Below, piece after piece: positions 18,685 to 28,145 of a stretch of 64,000 nt of DNA. Numbering within the stretch: position 1 is the stretch's first letter; every line of letters begins with the position of its first letter. A model generated the notes under the pieces. It saw only the letters and a list, made by a program, of their open reading frames with translations, made no database searches and was not told where the DNA came from. The stretch comes from Armatimonadota bacterium. Its GTDB lineage: Bacteria > Armatimonadota > SYMT01. The position numbers were made by a program, and so were the translations under genes. The stretch lies in contig JBKBRF010000036.1 in NCBI GenBank assembly GCA_046292385.1, positions 8,012 to 72,011 on the forward strand, given 5' to 3'.

Positions 18685-18819
18685 ACAGGTTTGCAGGTTA
18701 CAGTTTGGCAGGTTCCGAACTCCGTCTGGCGCAGAGCCCAACCTGCAACTTGCTAACTTGCCAACCTGCAACCTGCTAACTTGCCAACCTGCAACGAACC
18801 CTATCCACTCACCCACTCA
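18685..18819. repeat. CAGGTTG/CAACCTG inverted tandem tracts plus CCACTCA tract
   Basis: caggtttgcaggttacagtttggcaggttccgaac...caacctgcaacttgctaacttgccaacctg... Confidence 0.8.
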
Positions 18820-19459
18820 GTTCGGCAGCGGCGGGGCAGAGATCGTTCAACGCGCAGCCGGCGCAGTTGGGCCGCCGGGCGGCGCAGACGCGCCGGCCGT
18901 GCAGGATCAGCAGGTGCGAGATGGCGGTCCACTCCCGCTGCGGGAACTTGGCCATCAGGTCCCGCTCGATCTTGACCGGGTCGGTGTGCTGCGAGAGACC
19001 CAGCAATCCGGAGAGGCGGGTGACGTGGGTGTCGACGGCGATCCCCTCCGCCCGGTTGAAGGCGTTCCCCAGCACCACGTTCGCGGTTTTCCGCGCTACC
19101 CCCGGCAGCGTGAGCAGCTCCTCCATCGTCTGCGGCACGTCGCCCCCGTAGACCTCCAGGATCCGCGCGCAGGCGCCCCGGATGTTCTTCGCCTTGTTCC
19201 GGAAGAAGCCGGTGGAGTGGATGTCCGCCTCCAGCTCCTCCTGCGGCACCTTCAGGTAGTCCTCCGGCGTGCGGTACTTCTGAAACAGCGACTGCGTCAC
19301 CTGGTTCACCCGCACGTCGGTACACTGGGCGGAGAGAATCGTCGCGATCAGCAGCTCGAACGGGCTGGAGAAGTCGAGCTCGCACCGCGGATCGGGATAG
19401 AGCTCGCGCAGCCGCGGCAGGAGCACCTTGGGAGAGACGGGGCGGCGTTTACGTGGCAT
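18809..19459 (-). CDS. nth: Endonuclease III
   Basis: LIATILSAQCTDVRVN, LPGVARKTANVVL HhH, IAVDTHV, C-x6-C-x2-C-x5-C Fe-S motif. Confidence 0.96.
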   Translation of the reverse strand: MPRKRRPVSPKVLLPRLRELYPDPRCELDFSSPFELLIATILSAQCTDVRVNQVTQSLFQKYRTPEDYLKVPQEELEADIHSTGFFRNKAKNIRGACARILEVYGGDVPQTMEELLTLPGVARKTANVVLGNAFNRAEGIAVDTHVTRLSGLLGLSQHTDPVKIERDLMAKFPQREWTAISHLLILHGRRVCAARRPNCAGCALNDLCPAAAELSG

Positions 19460-19474
19460 AGTGGGAACGGGTTT

Positions 19475-19633
19475 TCACCGCAGAGAGCGCAGAGGACGCG
19501 GAGAGGAACCAGGAGATTCACAGCTCGGCTCCGGTTCCGGATAGCGCTTACCTATTCTACGGGTCGGGACCGTTCCCGTCTCAGCTCTTCCCGGAAATGG
19601 CACTCTCTGCGTCCTCTGCGCTCTCTGCGGTAA
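19475..19633. repeat. CAGAG-family inverted-repeat element
   Basis: tcaccgcagagagcgcagaggacgcggagag...ctctctgcgtcctctgcgctctctgcggtaa. Confidence 0.8.
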
Positions 19634-19651
19634 GTACCGGAAGATAAATCG

Positions 19652-19945
19652 ATGACGCGGGAACGATTGCAGCAGCTCGAGGGGAAGGAGTGGCGGCTGA
19701 CGCGGGACGGCAGCACCGCCACGGCGCATCGGGCGTGGGACGATCCGCTCGATCCGGACAGCGGCTGGGAGCTCCTGGTGCTCCACACCGCCGGTCACGG
19801 CGCCCGCCTGACGCTCAACACTTTCGAGTCCGGTCTCACCGAGCGCTCGCTCGAAGACACCCGCCGCCTCCTCGCCGCGCTGGAAGAAGCGGCCGAGCTG
19901 CAGGAGCACTGGCGGGGCGAGCTGTCGGATGACCCGGGGCTGTAG
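19652..19945 (+). CDS. Hypothetical protein
   Basis: 97 aa ORF with coding-like composition lying between two repeat elements. Confidence 0.6.
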   Translation: MTRERLQQLEGKEWRLTRDGSTATAHRAWDDPLDPDSGWELLVLHTAGHGARLTLNTFESGLTERSLEDTRRLLAALEEAAELQEHWRGELSDDPGL

Positions 19946-19952
19946 AACCGGT

Positions 19953-20150
19953 ATTCACCACGGAGCACACAGAGCGCACAGAGAGGAAACCGAACCCAAA
20001 CAGCACCGCCACCAGTGCCGAGTCGGCGACGCCCGCAGAGCCCGTTCCACCGCGAAGCGCAGATTCCGTGCGTGACCGAAAGGTGGCGCTGGCCTATCCC
20101 TGCGAATTCCCCTCTGTGCCCCCTCTGTGGGCTCCGTGCGCTCTGTGGTT
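19953..20150. repeat. CACAGAG-family inverted-repeat element
   Basis: ttcaccacggagcacacagagcgcacagag...ctctgtgccccctctgtgggctccgtgcgctctgtggtt; right arm lies inside the SDR 3' end. Confidence 0.8.
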
Positions 20151-21101
20151 GGAAAGGTTCGGCTGCGTCAGGTCCCCGTACAGCTCCCGGGCCCGCTGCT
20201 CGAAGTAGTCCGCGATGTGGTGCCGGCCGTAGGCGGGGGCGACGAAGTCGTCGACCAGGATCTTCGCGATGAAGGTGAAGAGGTGCCCCACGCGGGGGTT
20301 GAGGGGGCGCACCAGGCGGCCGCCGAGCGCCAGCAGGCCCACCGGGACGTTGACGGTGAGCGCCTTCTTCCGCAGGGCGGTGACGGCGAGCTGGGCGATC
20401 TCCCGGCGGGTGAGGGCGTCCGGGCCGCCGACGTCTTTCTCGGTGCCGGAGGGCCAGTCGAAGGCGTCGGCGCAGACGACCGCCAGGTCTTCCTCGTGAA
20501 TCGGGTTGGTCCGCGCGGTGCCGCCGTTGAACTCCGGGATCAGGCCGTGGCTGGCGACGGTGAGGATCTCCTCCATCGCGGAGAAGAAGCCGGTCGGGCG
20601 CAGCACGGAGTGGTCGAGGCCGCTCTCCCGGAGGTGCTGGACCACCAGCTCGTGGCCCTTCACGAAGTCGGACCACGGCAGCCGCTCCGCGCCGAAGACG
20701 GAGACGTAGACGAACTTCCGGACCCGCGCCCGGGCGGCGGCGTCCACGAGGTTCCGGTTGGCGGGCCAGTCGAGCCGGGTGAACGGGACCCGCCCGTACT
20801 GCGGCATTGGGATGACGCTGGCGCCGAGACAGGAGAAGACGCGGTCGACCCCCTCCAGCGCCGGCCCGAGCGTCTCCGGCTTCAGCGAGTCGGCCAGGCA
20901 GACCTCGTCGGCAAGCTGCCGCAGCGCCTCCGCTTTCGAGGGTGTACGGACCAGCGCCCGCACCCGCACCCCCCGGCGCTTCAGCTCCCGCACCATCTCC
21001 ACGCCCAGCCGCCCCGTGGCGCCGGCGACTAGGCAGAGGGATGAGGGATGAAGGATGAGGGATGAATTCGAACCCTCCGCTTGCGTCTGCGGGGTGCTCA
21101 T
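20094..21101 (-). CDS. NAD(P)-binding atypical SDR / NmrA-like oxidoreductase
   Basis: LVAGATGRLG, VRALVR, FVYVSV, LRPTGFF, NPIHEEDLA, GGPD; start uncertain. Confidence 0.85.
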   Translation of the reverse strand: MSTPQTQAEGSNSSLILHPSSLCLVAGATGRLGVEMVRELKRRGVRVRALVRTPSKAEALRQLADEVCLADSLKPETLGPALEGVDRVFSCLGASVIPMPQYGRVPFTRLDWPANRNLVDAAARARVRKFVYVSVFGAERLPWSDFVKGHELVVQHLRESGLDHSVLRPTGFFSAMEEILTVASHGLIPEFNGGTARTNPIHEEDLAVVCADAFDWPSGTEKDVGGPDALTRREIAQLAVTALRKKALTVNVPVGLLALGGRLVRPLNPRVGHLFTFIAKILVDDFVAPAYGRHHIADYFEQRARELYGDLTQPNLSNHRAHGAHRGGTEGNSQG

Positions 21102-21171
21102 CGATCGGTCCCTGATACTGCCGGTCCGAGCGGCTCGTCCCTCATCCCTCATCCTTCTGAATTCATCCCTC
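21037..21171. repeat. GATGAGG/CCTCATC inverted tandem tracts
   Basis: gagggatgagggatgaaggatgagggatgaa ... ccctcatccctcatccttctgaattcatccctc, spanning the SDR start. Confidence 0.8.
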
Positions 21172-21173
21172 GG

Positions 21174-21971
21174 CTAGTAGACCTGCTTCTGCGAGAGCTC
21201 CGGGGCGGCCTGGTCCAGGCGCTTGGCAAGCTTGCTGAGCTTGCAGGTCGGCACCTTCGGATAGAGGTGGTGCTCCAGGTGGTAGAACATGTCGAACACG
21301 ATCAGGCTCTTGATCGGGTTCCGGATCGTCCGCGCGATGAAGTGGTGACGGTCGCAGTCGTGGTGGACGGTCCAGACCGCGAAGAAGGCGGTGAGGCACT
21401 GGCCGATCAGCATCGCGAGGACGTGGTACTTCAGGATCGCGATGTCGAGCGCGAAGAGCGCCACTCCCGCCCACGCGAGGACCGTTACGAACTCCGCCTG
21501 GATCCAGCGCATCTGGCGCGGGTTCGCCAGCTCGATGCCCTTGCGGTGGATCAGCCAGTAAAACCGCGGGCCGTACGCAATCGCCTGCCAGCCCTTCAGG
21601 TGAGCGCTCGCCGCTTCCGCGTCGTCGTCATCCATGCAGTGCGCGTGGTGATGCAGGTGCGTCTGCTGCAGCGCGTGCATGGAGCTCATCATCAGGCAAC
21701 TGATGATGAACATCACCCACTCGGTCGCCAGGCGGGGGATGCCCAGCGCGTAGTGGTACGCGTTGTGGACCACGCGGAGACCGCAGAGAAAGAAGATGAA
21801 CGAAAACGGCAGGGCGATCAGGTACTGGCCGTAGTAGGCCAGCGTCAGCGATGCGATCAGCCAGGGGAAGATCAGCAGCAGTTCCTTGGTGATGTCCCAG
21901 GCGCTGAGCTCCAGCAGGTCATGCCATTCGACGGAGCGGACGCGCGGGTCGCGCATGATCTCCAGACTCAT
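21174..21971 (-). CDS. Fatty acid desaturase family protein
   Basis: His boxes HNAYH, HLHHH, HLEHH plus TM segments. Confidence 0.88.
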   Translation of the reverse strand: MSLEIMRDPRVRSVEWHDLLELSAWDITKELLLIFPWLIASLTLAYYGQYLIALPFSFIFFLCGLRVVHNAYHYALGIPRLATEWVMFIISCLMMSSMHALQQTHLHHHAHCMDDDDAEAASAHLKGWQAIAYGPRFYWLIHRKGIELANPRQMRWIQAEFVTVLAWAGVALFALDIAILKYHVLAMLIGQCLTAFFAVWTVHHDCDRHHFIARTIRNPIKSLIVFDMFYHLEHHLYPKVPTCKLSKLAKRLDQAAPELSQKQVY

Positions 21972-22249
21972 TCAGGGCCTCCGAGTCCCGAGGGACACGA
22001 CTGGATCGGTTGGTCGAAGCGGTACCGAGAGGCCGGGCGATGCTCCGCCCTCCCGCCAGCCTGCACTATTCCACACGTACGGGGAACACCCCTGCAAGCC
22101 GCCGCAGAACTTTCTCTCAGCGAGTCCGCAGAGAGGGAGCGTTTTGGGCGGTGCCCAACTTTAGGGAAGCGATGGACGCGAAGCCCGGCCAGGGGCTTCC
22201 CCCCTTGTCCGGCTGGCGAGCCTGGGCCGGCACATAGGAGAAGTATTTC

Positions 22250-23644
22250 ATGAACGAGAAGGTTTCGCGGCGAGATTTGCTCGGCCACGCCGGCCGCACC
22301 GCCGCCGCCGGCGCGGCGCTCGGCGGGATCACGATTCCCGCGGTCCACGTCGGGGCGGCGCAGAACCCCGCCCGCCCCGCAGAGAACGGTCAGCTCGTGG
22401 CGGCGCTGATCGGCTGCGGCGGCATGGGTCGCGGCAACATGAACAACCTGATGAGCAAGGGCGCGCGCATCGCCGCCGTCTGCGACGTCGACAGCAGCCA
22501 CATGGCGCAGGCCGCCTCCGACGTGGAGAAGCGCCAGGGCACCCGCCCGAAGGAGGTCAAGGACTTCCGCCGGGTGATGGACATGAAGGACGTCAACGTG
22601 GTGATCATCGCCACGCCGGACCACTGGCACGCGCTGCCGTTCATCGCGGCGTGCGAGGCGGGCAAGGACGTCCACCTGGAGAAGCCGATCTCCCACAACA
22701 TCAGCGAAGGCCGCGCGATGGTCGCCGCCGCGAAGCGGTTCAAGACGGTCTGCCAGGTCGGCACGTGGCAGCGCAGCAACAAGGACTTCGCGGACGCGGT
22801 CGCCTTCATCCGGTCCGGCAAGCTCGGCCCGATCAGCACGGTGAAGGCGTGGAAGACCGACTGGTTCTCCATGGGCAAGAACAACCCGCCCCAGCCGGTG
22901 CCGGCGAACCTCGACTGGGACTTCTACCTCGGCCCCGCGGAGAAGGTGCCGTACACGGGGAAGAACGGCCACTTCAACTGGCGCTGGTACTTCAACACCG
23001 CCGCGGGCAACACCGGCGACTGGGGCGTCCACATGATCGACATTGGGCTCCTCGCCATGAGCAAGGACACCGATCTGGTGATGCCGACCCACGTCTCCAG
23101 CGTCGGTGGCAAGTTCAGCTCCGGCGCGGATGACGACCGCACCACGCCGGACACCCACCACGCGATCTTCCAGTTCCCCAACTTCATCATGGAGTGGCAG
23201 ACCGGCCGCCGCGGGCTGGAGTACGGCTACGTGCGCCAGGTCCCCGCCGGCGACGGCGGCCCGCAGCGCAAGCCGCAGGACATGCTGGACAACGGCACCG
23301 CCTTCGTGGCGGCGGACGGCAGCAGCCTGGTGGTGTGGCGCGGCGGCTGGACGGTCCGCGACCCGCAGGGCAACGAGCTGCCCAAGACCTACGCGGAAGA
23401 CTTCGGCACGCACGATCACATGCAGGACTTCATCGACTGCATCAAGACCAGGAAGCAGCCGCGCAGCAACATCGAGTCGATGTACCAGACCACGGCGGTC
23501 TGCCACCTGGCGAACATCTCCTACCTCACCGGCCAGACGGTCCGCTGGGACAAGGAGAAGAACGACCTCGTCGGAAACGTCGGCAAAGACACCCTGCCCT
23601 ACGCTCGCGAGTACCGGCAGCCCTGGAAGCTCCCGAAGTACTAG
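22250..23644 (+). CDS. Gfo/Idh/MocA oxidoreductase, Tat-exported
   Basis: SRRDLL; IGCGGMG, IATPDHWH, GKDVHLEKP, DWGVHMID. Confidence 0.92.
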   Translation: MNEKVSRRDLLGHAGRTAAAGAALGGITIPAVHVGAAQNPARPAENGQLVAALIGCGGMGRGNMNNLMSKGARIAAVCDVDSSHMAQAASDVEKRQGTRPKEVKDFRRVMDMKDVNVVIIATPDHWHALPFIAACEAGKDVHLEKPISHNISEGRAMVAAAKRFKTVCQVGTWQRSNKDFADAVAFIRSGKLGPISTVKAWKTDWFSMGKNNPPQPVPANLDWDFYLGPAEKVPYTGKNGHFNWRWYFNTAAGNTGDWGVHMIDIGLLAMSKDTDLVMPTHVSSVGGKFSSGADDDRTTPDTHHAIFQFPNFIMEWQTGRRGLEYGYVRQVPAGDGGPQRKPQDMLDNGTAFVAADGSSLVVWRGGWTVRDPQGNELPKTYAEDFGTHDHMQDFIDCIKTRKQPRSNIESMYQTTAVCHLANISYLTGQTVRWDKEKNDLVGNVGKDTLPYAREYRQPWKLPKY

Positions 23645-23672
23645 CCTGAAGAGGGGAGATGAAAGAAGAAAC

Positions 23673-23708
23673 AGCCCGCGTCGCGGCCGCCGACGCGGGC
23701 TCCTTTCT
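23673..23708 (+). terminator. Intrinsic terminator
   Basis: agcccgcgtcg-loop-cgacgcgggct followed by cctttct; A-rich upstream. Confidence 0.6.
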
Positions 23709-23894
23709 CCGTGGCGCCGGGAGCCTTGCCGTTCCCTTCAGGTTTCTCTCTTCGCGTCGTTTCTTTGACTTCGCGACTTCGCGTTCGTTCGGACCTCCTC
23801 CCGCTGACTGGGACCCGCTGCGGGCAGGCAAGCGCCGAAACTCCGTCCCGCCTCGCGCCTCTCATTCGGGACGGGACGGGAGCGGAGCAGCGCG

Positions 23895-25253
23895 ATGGTA
23901 GAGCTACACACCGGTCGGGAGCAGCGGCTTTGTGATGGGACGACGCGCCGGGACTTTGTCCGCGCGGGGTTCCTCGGGGTGCTGGGGCTCTCGCTGACCG
24001 ACGTGCTCCGGCTGGAAGCGGCGCAGGCGGCGCAGCTCGGCATGCGGCCGGCGAACCACAAGAACGTCATCCTGATCTGGCTGCACGGCGGGCAGACGCA
24101 GCTCGAGACGTACGACATGAAGCCGGAGGCGCCGGCGGAGGTGCGGGGCGTCTATAAGCCGATCAAGACGAACGTGCCGGGCCTGCAGATCTGCGAGCTG
24201 CTGCCGCGAATGGCGAAGGTGATGGACAAGATCACCATCCACCGCGGCCTGCACCACACCGATAACGACCACTACTCCGCCTCGCACTGGCTGCTCACCG
24301 GCTACCTCGGCCCCAACGGCGCGGACCAGCGCCCCCGCTTCCCGTCCATGGGCTCCGTGGCGGCGCGGGCGCTCGGCGCGCGGAAGCCGGACGTGCCGCC
24401 CTACGTGATCATGAACGACGGCGGCTTCGGCTACCACGGGGCGACCTACCTCGGCGCGCAGTACCACCCGATCCGCACCGGCGACGAGAGCTACGGCAAC
24501 GAGGGGATGCAGCTGCCGGTCGCGAAGACGAACGACCTGAAGCCGCTCCCCGGCGTGGAGGGGCAGCGGGTTCTGCGGCGGCAGTCGCTGTTGAAAGACA
24601 TGGACCGCTTCCGGCGGGCGGTCGACCAGGCGGCGCAGGAGCGGCAGCTCGACGAGATCCAGCAGAAGGCGCTGGGGATGATCGCCTCCGGCAAGGCGCA
24701 CCAGGCGTTCGATCTCTCGCAGGAGGACGCGAAGACCCGCGAGCTGTACGGACCCGGCTGGGGCGAGAACGCGCTCCTGGCCCGGCGGCTGGTGGAGGCG
24801 GGCACGCGGTTCGTGGTCTGCAACACCGGCTACTGGGACGACCACGGCAACATCAAGGGCGCCATGGACAGCAAGCTGCCGCGCCACGACCGGATGGTCG
24901 CCGCCCTGGTGGAAGACCTGCACCAGCGCGGGATGCTGGACGACACGCTGGTGGTCGCCGCCGGAGAGTTCGGGCGCACGTCGACGATCAATAAAGACGC
25001 GGGGCGCGACCACTGGGCGCAGGCGAGCTGCGTCCTCTTCGCCGGAGGCGGCTTCCGGCACGGGCAGGTGCTCGGCGCCACCGACGCGAAGGCGGAGTAC
25101 CCGAAGGAGAACCCGATCACGCCCGCCGACCTGCAGTCGACGATCTACCATCATCTCGGCATCAGCCGCGAGCTGACGTTCGAGGACCAGACCGGCCGCC
25201 CGCAGTACCTCCTCCCGCCGGACCAGGGGCAGGTGATCCGGGAGTTCGCGTAG
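23895..25253 (+). CDS. DUF1501 domain protein
   Basis: TRRDFVRAG, LIWLHGGQTQLETYDMKPEAP, LLARRLVEAG.RFV, WDDH, GEFGRT, GRDHW. Confidence 0.92.
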   Translation: MVELHTGREQRLCDGTTRRDFVRAGFLGVLGLSLTDVLRLEAAQAAQLGMRPANHKNVILIWLHGGQTQLETYDMKPEAPAEVRGVYKPIKTNVPGLQICELLPRMAKVMDKITIHRGLHHTDNDHYSASHWLLTGYLGPNGADQRPRFPSMGSVAARALGARKPDVPPYVIMNDGGFGYHGATYLGAQYHPIRTGDESYGNEGMQLPVAKTNDLKPLPGVEGQRVLRRQSLLKDMDRFRRAVDQAAQERQLDEIQQKALGMIASGKAHQAFDLSQEDAKTRELYGPGWGENALLARRLVEAGTRFVVCNTGYWDDHGNIKGAMDSKLPRHDRMVAALVEDLHQRGMLDDTLVVAAGEFGRTSTINKDAGRDHWAQASCVLFAGGGFRHGQVLGATDAKAEYPKENPITPADLQSTIYHHLGISRELTFEDQTGRPQYLLPPDQGQVIREFA

Positions 25254-25275
25254 GACGGGCGTGGAGCGACCTGGC

Positions 25276-25432
25276 GCCAGGGAGAGTGGATGAGGGGGAG
25301 ACTCGCTCCCTCGCTGCGGTGAGCAGGTTGCAGGTGGGCAGGTTCCAGGTTCCGAACCCCACCCGTCTGGGAGCTCAACCTGCAACGTGCCAACTTGCTA
25401 ACCTGAAGCAGACGCCGCCCACTCTCCCTGGC
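25276..25432. repeat. Nested repeat: CAGGTTG element inside a GAGAGTGG element
   Basis: Outer IR gccagggagagtgg / ccactctccctggc; inner caggttgcagg...caacctgcaac. Confidence 0.75.
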
Positions 25433-25556
25433 CAAATCCCCCTTCGATCTCGGGGGACGGAGTGCTACTGCCGCCTCTCTCGCCCGGAAAGGCGGAGTGA
25501 GGCGGGTAGGCCGCGCCGTGGCGCAGACCTACCGCAGAGCCCCTCCAGGGCCGGGG

Positions 25557-26351
25557 TTACTGCTTCTTCGGGAGCGCCCGGGTAGCCCCGGTGGAGATCC
25601 CCCCGTCCACCAGCAGCGTCTGGCCGGTGATGTACTCGCTCGCGTCCGAGGCGAGGAAGACCACCGTCCCGTCCAGGTCGTCTGGCTTGCCGGGACGCTT
25701 CAGCGGGATGCGGTCGACCAGGTACTCCAGCCACTCCTGGTTTTCGTACATCACCTTGTTCTGCTCCGTGCGGAACCAGCCGGGCGCCAGGCAGTTCACG
25801 GTAATGCCGTAGGGGCCCCAGTCGTCGGCCAGGCTCATCGTGAGCTGGCGGACGCCGCCGCGGCTGGCTCCGTACGGCGCGAGGCCGGCGTAGCCGAAGA
25901 CGCTGGTGACGGAGCCGATGTTGATGATGCGGCCGTACCGGTGCTGCACCATCCGGCGCGCCACCGCCTGCGCCACGAAGAAGGTGCCGCGCAGGTTCGT
26001 CTCCAGCACCAGGTTCCAGTCGTCCCAGGTGATCTCCAGCGCCGGCTTGCGGACGTTGCAGCCGGCGTTGTTCACCAGGATCTGGATCTGCGGGAACGCC
26101 TCGAAGGCGGCGTCGATCCCGCGCTGGATGCTGTCGTGGTCGCGCACGTCCAGCTCCACCGGCACCACGCGCCGGCCCATCGCCTCGATCTCCTCCCGGA
26201 ACGGCTGGAGCGACTCGAGGGTGCGGCTGGTGATGACGAGGTCGGCGCCGGCGCGGGCGAGCGCGCGGCCGAAGTACTGGCCCAGGCCGCGGCTGGCGCC
26301 GGTCACGATGGCGGTCTTGCCGCTCAGGTCGAAGAGGGAGAGGTCGCTCAC
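25557..26351 (-). CDS. SDR oxidoreductase (gluconate 5-dehydrogenase-like)
   Basis: TGASRGLG, NNAG, YGASR, VNCLAPGWF, ITGQTLLVDGG. Confidence 0.9.
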   Translation of the reverse strand: MSDLSLFDLSGKTAIVTGASRGLGQYFGRALARAGADLVITSRTLESLQPFREEIEAMGRRVVPVELDVRDHDSIQRGIDAAFEAFPQIQILVNNAGCNVRKPALEITWDDWNLVLETNLRGTFFVAQAVARRMVQHRYGRIINIGSVTSVFGYAGLAPYGASRGGVRQLTMSLADDWGPYGITVNCLAPGWFRTEQNKVMYENQEWLEYLVDRIPLKRPGKPDDLDGTVVFLASDASEYITGQTLLVDGGISTGATRALPKKQ

Positions 26352-27379
26352 GGCTCCAGGATCACCTTCATCAAGCCGGGCTCATGCCCGTAGAGGCGGT
26401 CGAACCACTCCGGGCCCTGCTCCAGCGGCGCCTGCACGCTGATCAGCGGGCGGACCTGGATCTTGCCGCGGGACATCATCTCGATGCACGCCGGGTACTC
26501 GCCGGAGGAAGAGCAGCTCCCGTAGAGCGTCAGCTCGCGGGTCACCACCGCCTGCAGCGGCAGCTCCACCTTCGGAGCGAGGTTGCCGACCAGCCCGATC
26601 GAGCCGCCCTTCCGCACCGCGGAGATGGCGGTCTGGAGCGGGTCGCCCGCACCGACCACCTCCATCGCCAGGTCGGCGCCGCGGCCCTCGGTGCGCGCCT
26701 GGACCTCGGCGGCGACGTCGACCTTCCGGGAGTTGAGCCCCTCGTCCGCGCCGAGCTCCTTGGCGCGCTCCAGCTTGTAGTCGTCGATATCGACCGCGAT
26801 GATCCGCCCGCAGCCGGCGAGGCGCAGCGTCTGCACCACCAGCAGGCCGATCATCCCGGTGCCGACCACCACCGCCGTGTCCCCGATCCGAATCGGGATC
26901 CGGCGCACCGCGTGGAAGGCGATCGAAACCGACTCGATCAGCGCCGCCTCTTCGAAGCTCAGGTTGTCCGGCAGCCGGTAGACGATGTGCTGCGGGACGG
27001 AGACATACTCCGCGAAGGCGCCGTGGCGGCGGTAATCCCCGCAGGAGACGCCGAGCACGTTCCGGTTGTCGCACAGATTGACGTCGCCGCGGCGGCAGAA
27101 GTAGCACTTGCCGCAGTAGACGGTCGAGTCGAACGTGACCCGGTCGCCTTCCTGAAAGCTGCGCACGTTCTTGCCGACCTGCGCCACCACGCCCGCCGCC
27201 TCGTGGCCCATCACCAGGGGCGGGATGCGCCGGCCGCTCGAGCCGTCGTAGCCGTGCACGTCGCTGCCGCAGATCCCGCACGCGCGGACGCGGACCAGAA
27301 TGTCGTCGTCACCGATCTCCGGGGTGGGGACCTCCGTCACCTCCAGCTTCCGGGGATCGGTCAGGAGCAGAGCCTTCAT
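26348..27379 (-). CDS. Zn-dependent alcohol dehydrogenase (galactitol-1-P/iditol dehydrogenase-like)
   Basis: CGICGSDVH, GHEAAG, CGKCYFC..C, GTGMIG; 4-nt overlap with the SDR. Confidence 0.9.
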   Translation of the reverse strand: MKALLLTDPRKLEVTEVPTPEIGDDDILVRVRACGICGSDVHGYDGSSGRRIPPLVMGHEAAGVVAQVGKNVRSFQEGDRVTFDSTVYCGKCYFCRRGDVNLCDNRNVLGVSCGDYRRHGAFAEYVSVPQHIVYRLPDNLSFEEAALIESVSIAFHAVRRIPIRIGDTAVVVGTGMIGLLVVQTLRLAGCGRIIAVDIDDYKLERAKELGADEGLNSRKVDVAAEVQARTEGRGADLAMEVVGAGDPLQTAISAVRKGGSIGLVGNLAPKVELPLQAVVTRELTLYGSCSSSGEYPACIEMMSRGKIQVRPLISVQAPLEQGPEWFDRLYGHEPGLMKVILEP

Positions 27380-27629
27380 GCCGTTTCTTCCTTAGATGAG
27401 CGTCTTCGCTATTCCCGGCTATCACAGAACCGCCCCGGGAGTGCAGCGGAACCTGGGGCCATGGGGGATCGGTGAGCGGGAGACTCTGGGGTAGACCGAA
27501 GGTTGGAAGCTTTCCAGCCGCCGAAGGATTGTCTAAAGAGGAGAAATCCCTTGCCGCGGGCGAAGGTAGAAAACGGTTGGTTACCGTCCCAGCGGCTGCG
27601 GACGGCGAGGTGGATCGGAAGGAGCACCC

Positions 27630-28145
27630 ATGGCCGCAGTCCCCATCTCGGTAGACGTGGGTCCAGCTAAAGTAGTACCGATCATACTCTGCCGGGTGGA
27701 GGGGGAGCCTTACGGATTGCCACTCGCGACGGTCGAGCGGGTCCTGCCGATGGTAGAGCTCCGGCGGCTCCCCTCCGCGCCGGTATTCCTGGCCGGGGTG
27801 ATCGATTACCACGGTGAGGTGGTGCCGGTGGTGGACCTGCGGGTCCGGTTCGGGCTCGCGAGCAGAGCGCCCGAAGTGACGCAGCGGCTGCTGCTGCTGC
27901 AGACCTCGCGGCGAAAGCTGGCCCTGCTGGTAGATGCAGTGGAGGGCCTCCGCGAACTGCCGGGGGAGCGGGTCGTCGCTCCGGAAGCGCTGGACACCGG
28001 CTTGCGCGGCGTGGCGGGCGTGGCAGCGCTCGAGGACGGCGTGGTGATCGTGCAGGACGTGGAGGCACTGCTCTCCAGCGAGGAGGAGCGGGCGGTGCAG
28101 CAGGCGATCGATCGGGCGGCGGAAGGAACGGGCCATGCAGCCTGA
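27630..28145 (+). CDS. cheW: CheW adaptor
   Basis: YGLPLATVERV, GVIDYHGEVVPVVDLR, LALLVDAV; RBS AAGGAG. Confidence 0.88.
   Translation: MAAVPISVDVGPAKVVPIILCRVEGEPYGLPLATVERVLPMVELRRLPSAPVFLAGVIDYHGEVVPVVDLRVRFGLASRAPEVTQRLLLLQTSRRKLALLVDAVEGLRELPGERVVAPEALDTGLRGVAGVAALEDGVVIVQDVEALLSSEEERAVQQAIDRAAEGTGHAA

Noticed and set aside
21060..21080. GGTTCGAATTC T-loop-like sequence on the minus strand
   Set aside because: No cloverleaf; part of the repeat junction motif.
27476..27570. Glycine-riboswitch-like words (GGGAGA, two CCGAAGG) upstream of the che operon
   Set aside because: Lacks the conserved CUCUCAGG/UUUCAGG segment, and the downstream genes do not fit; Infernal would settle it.
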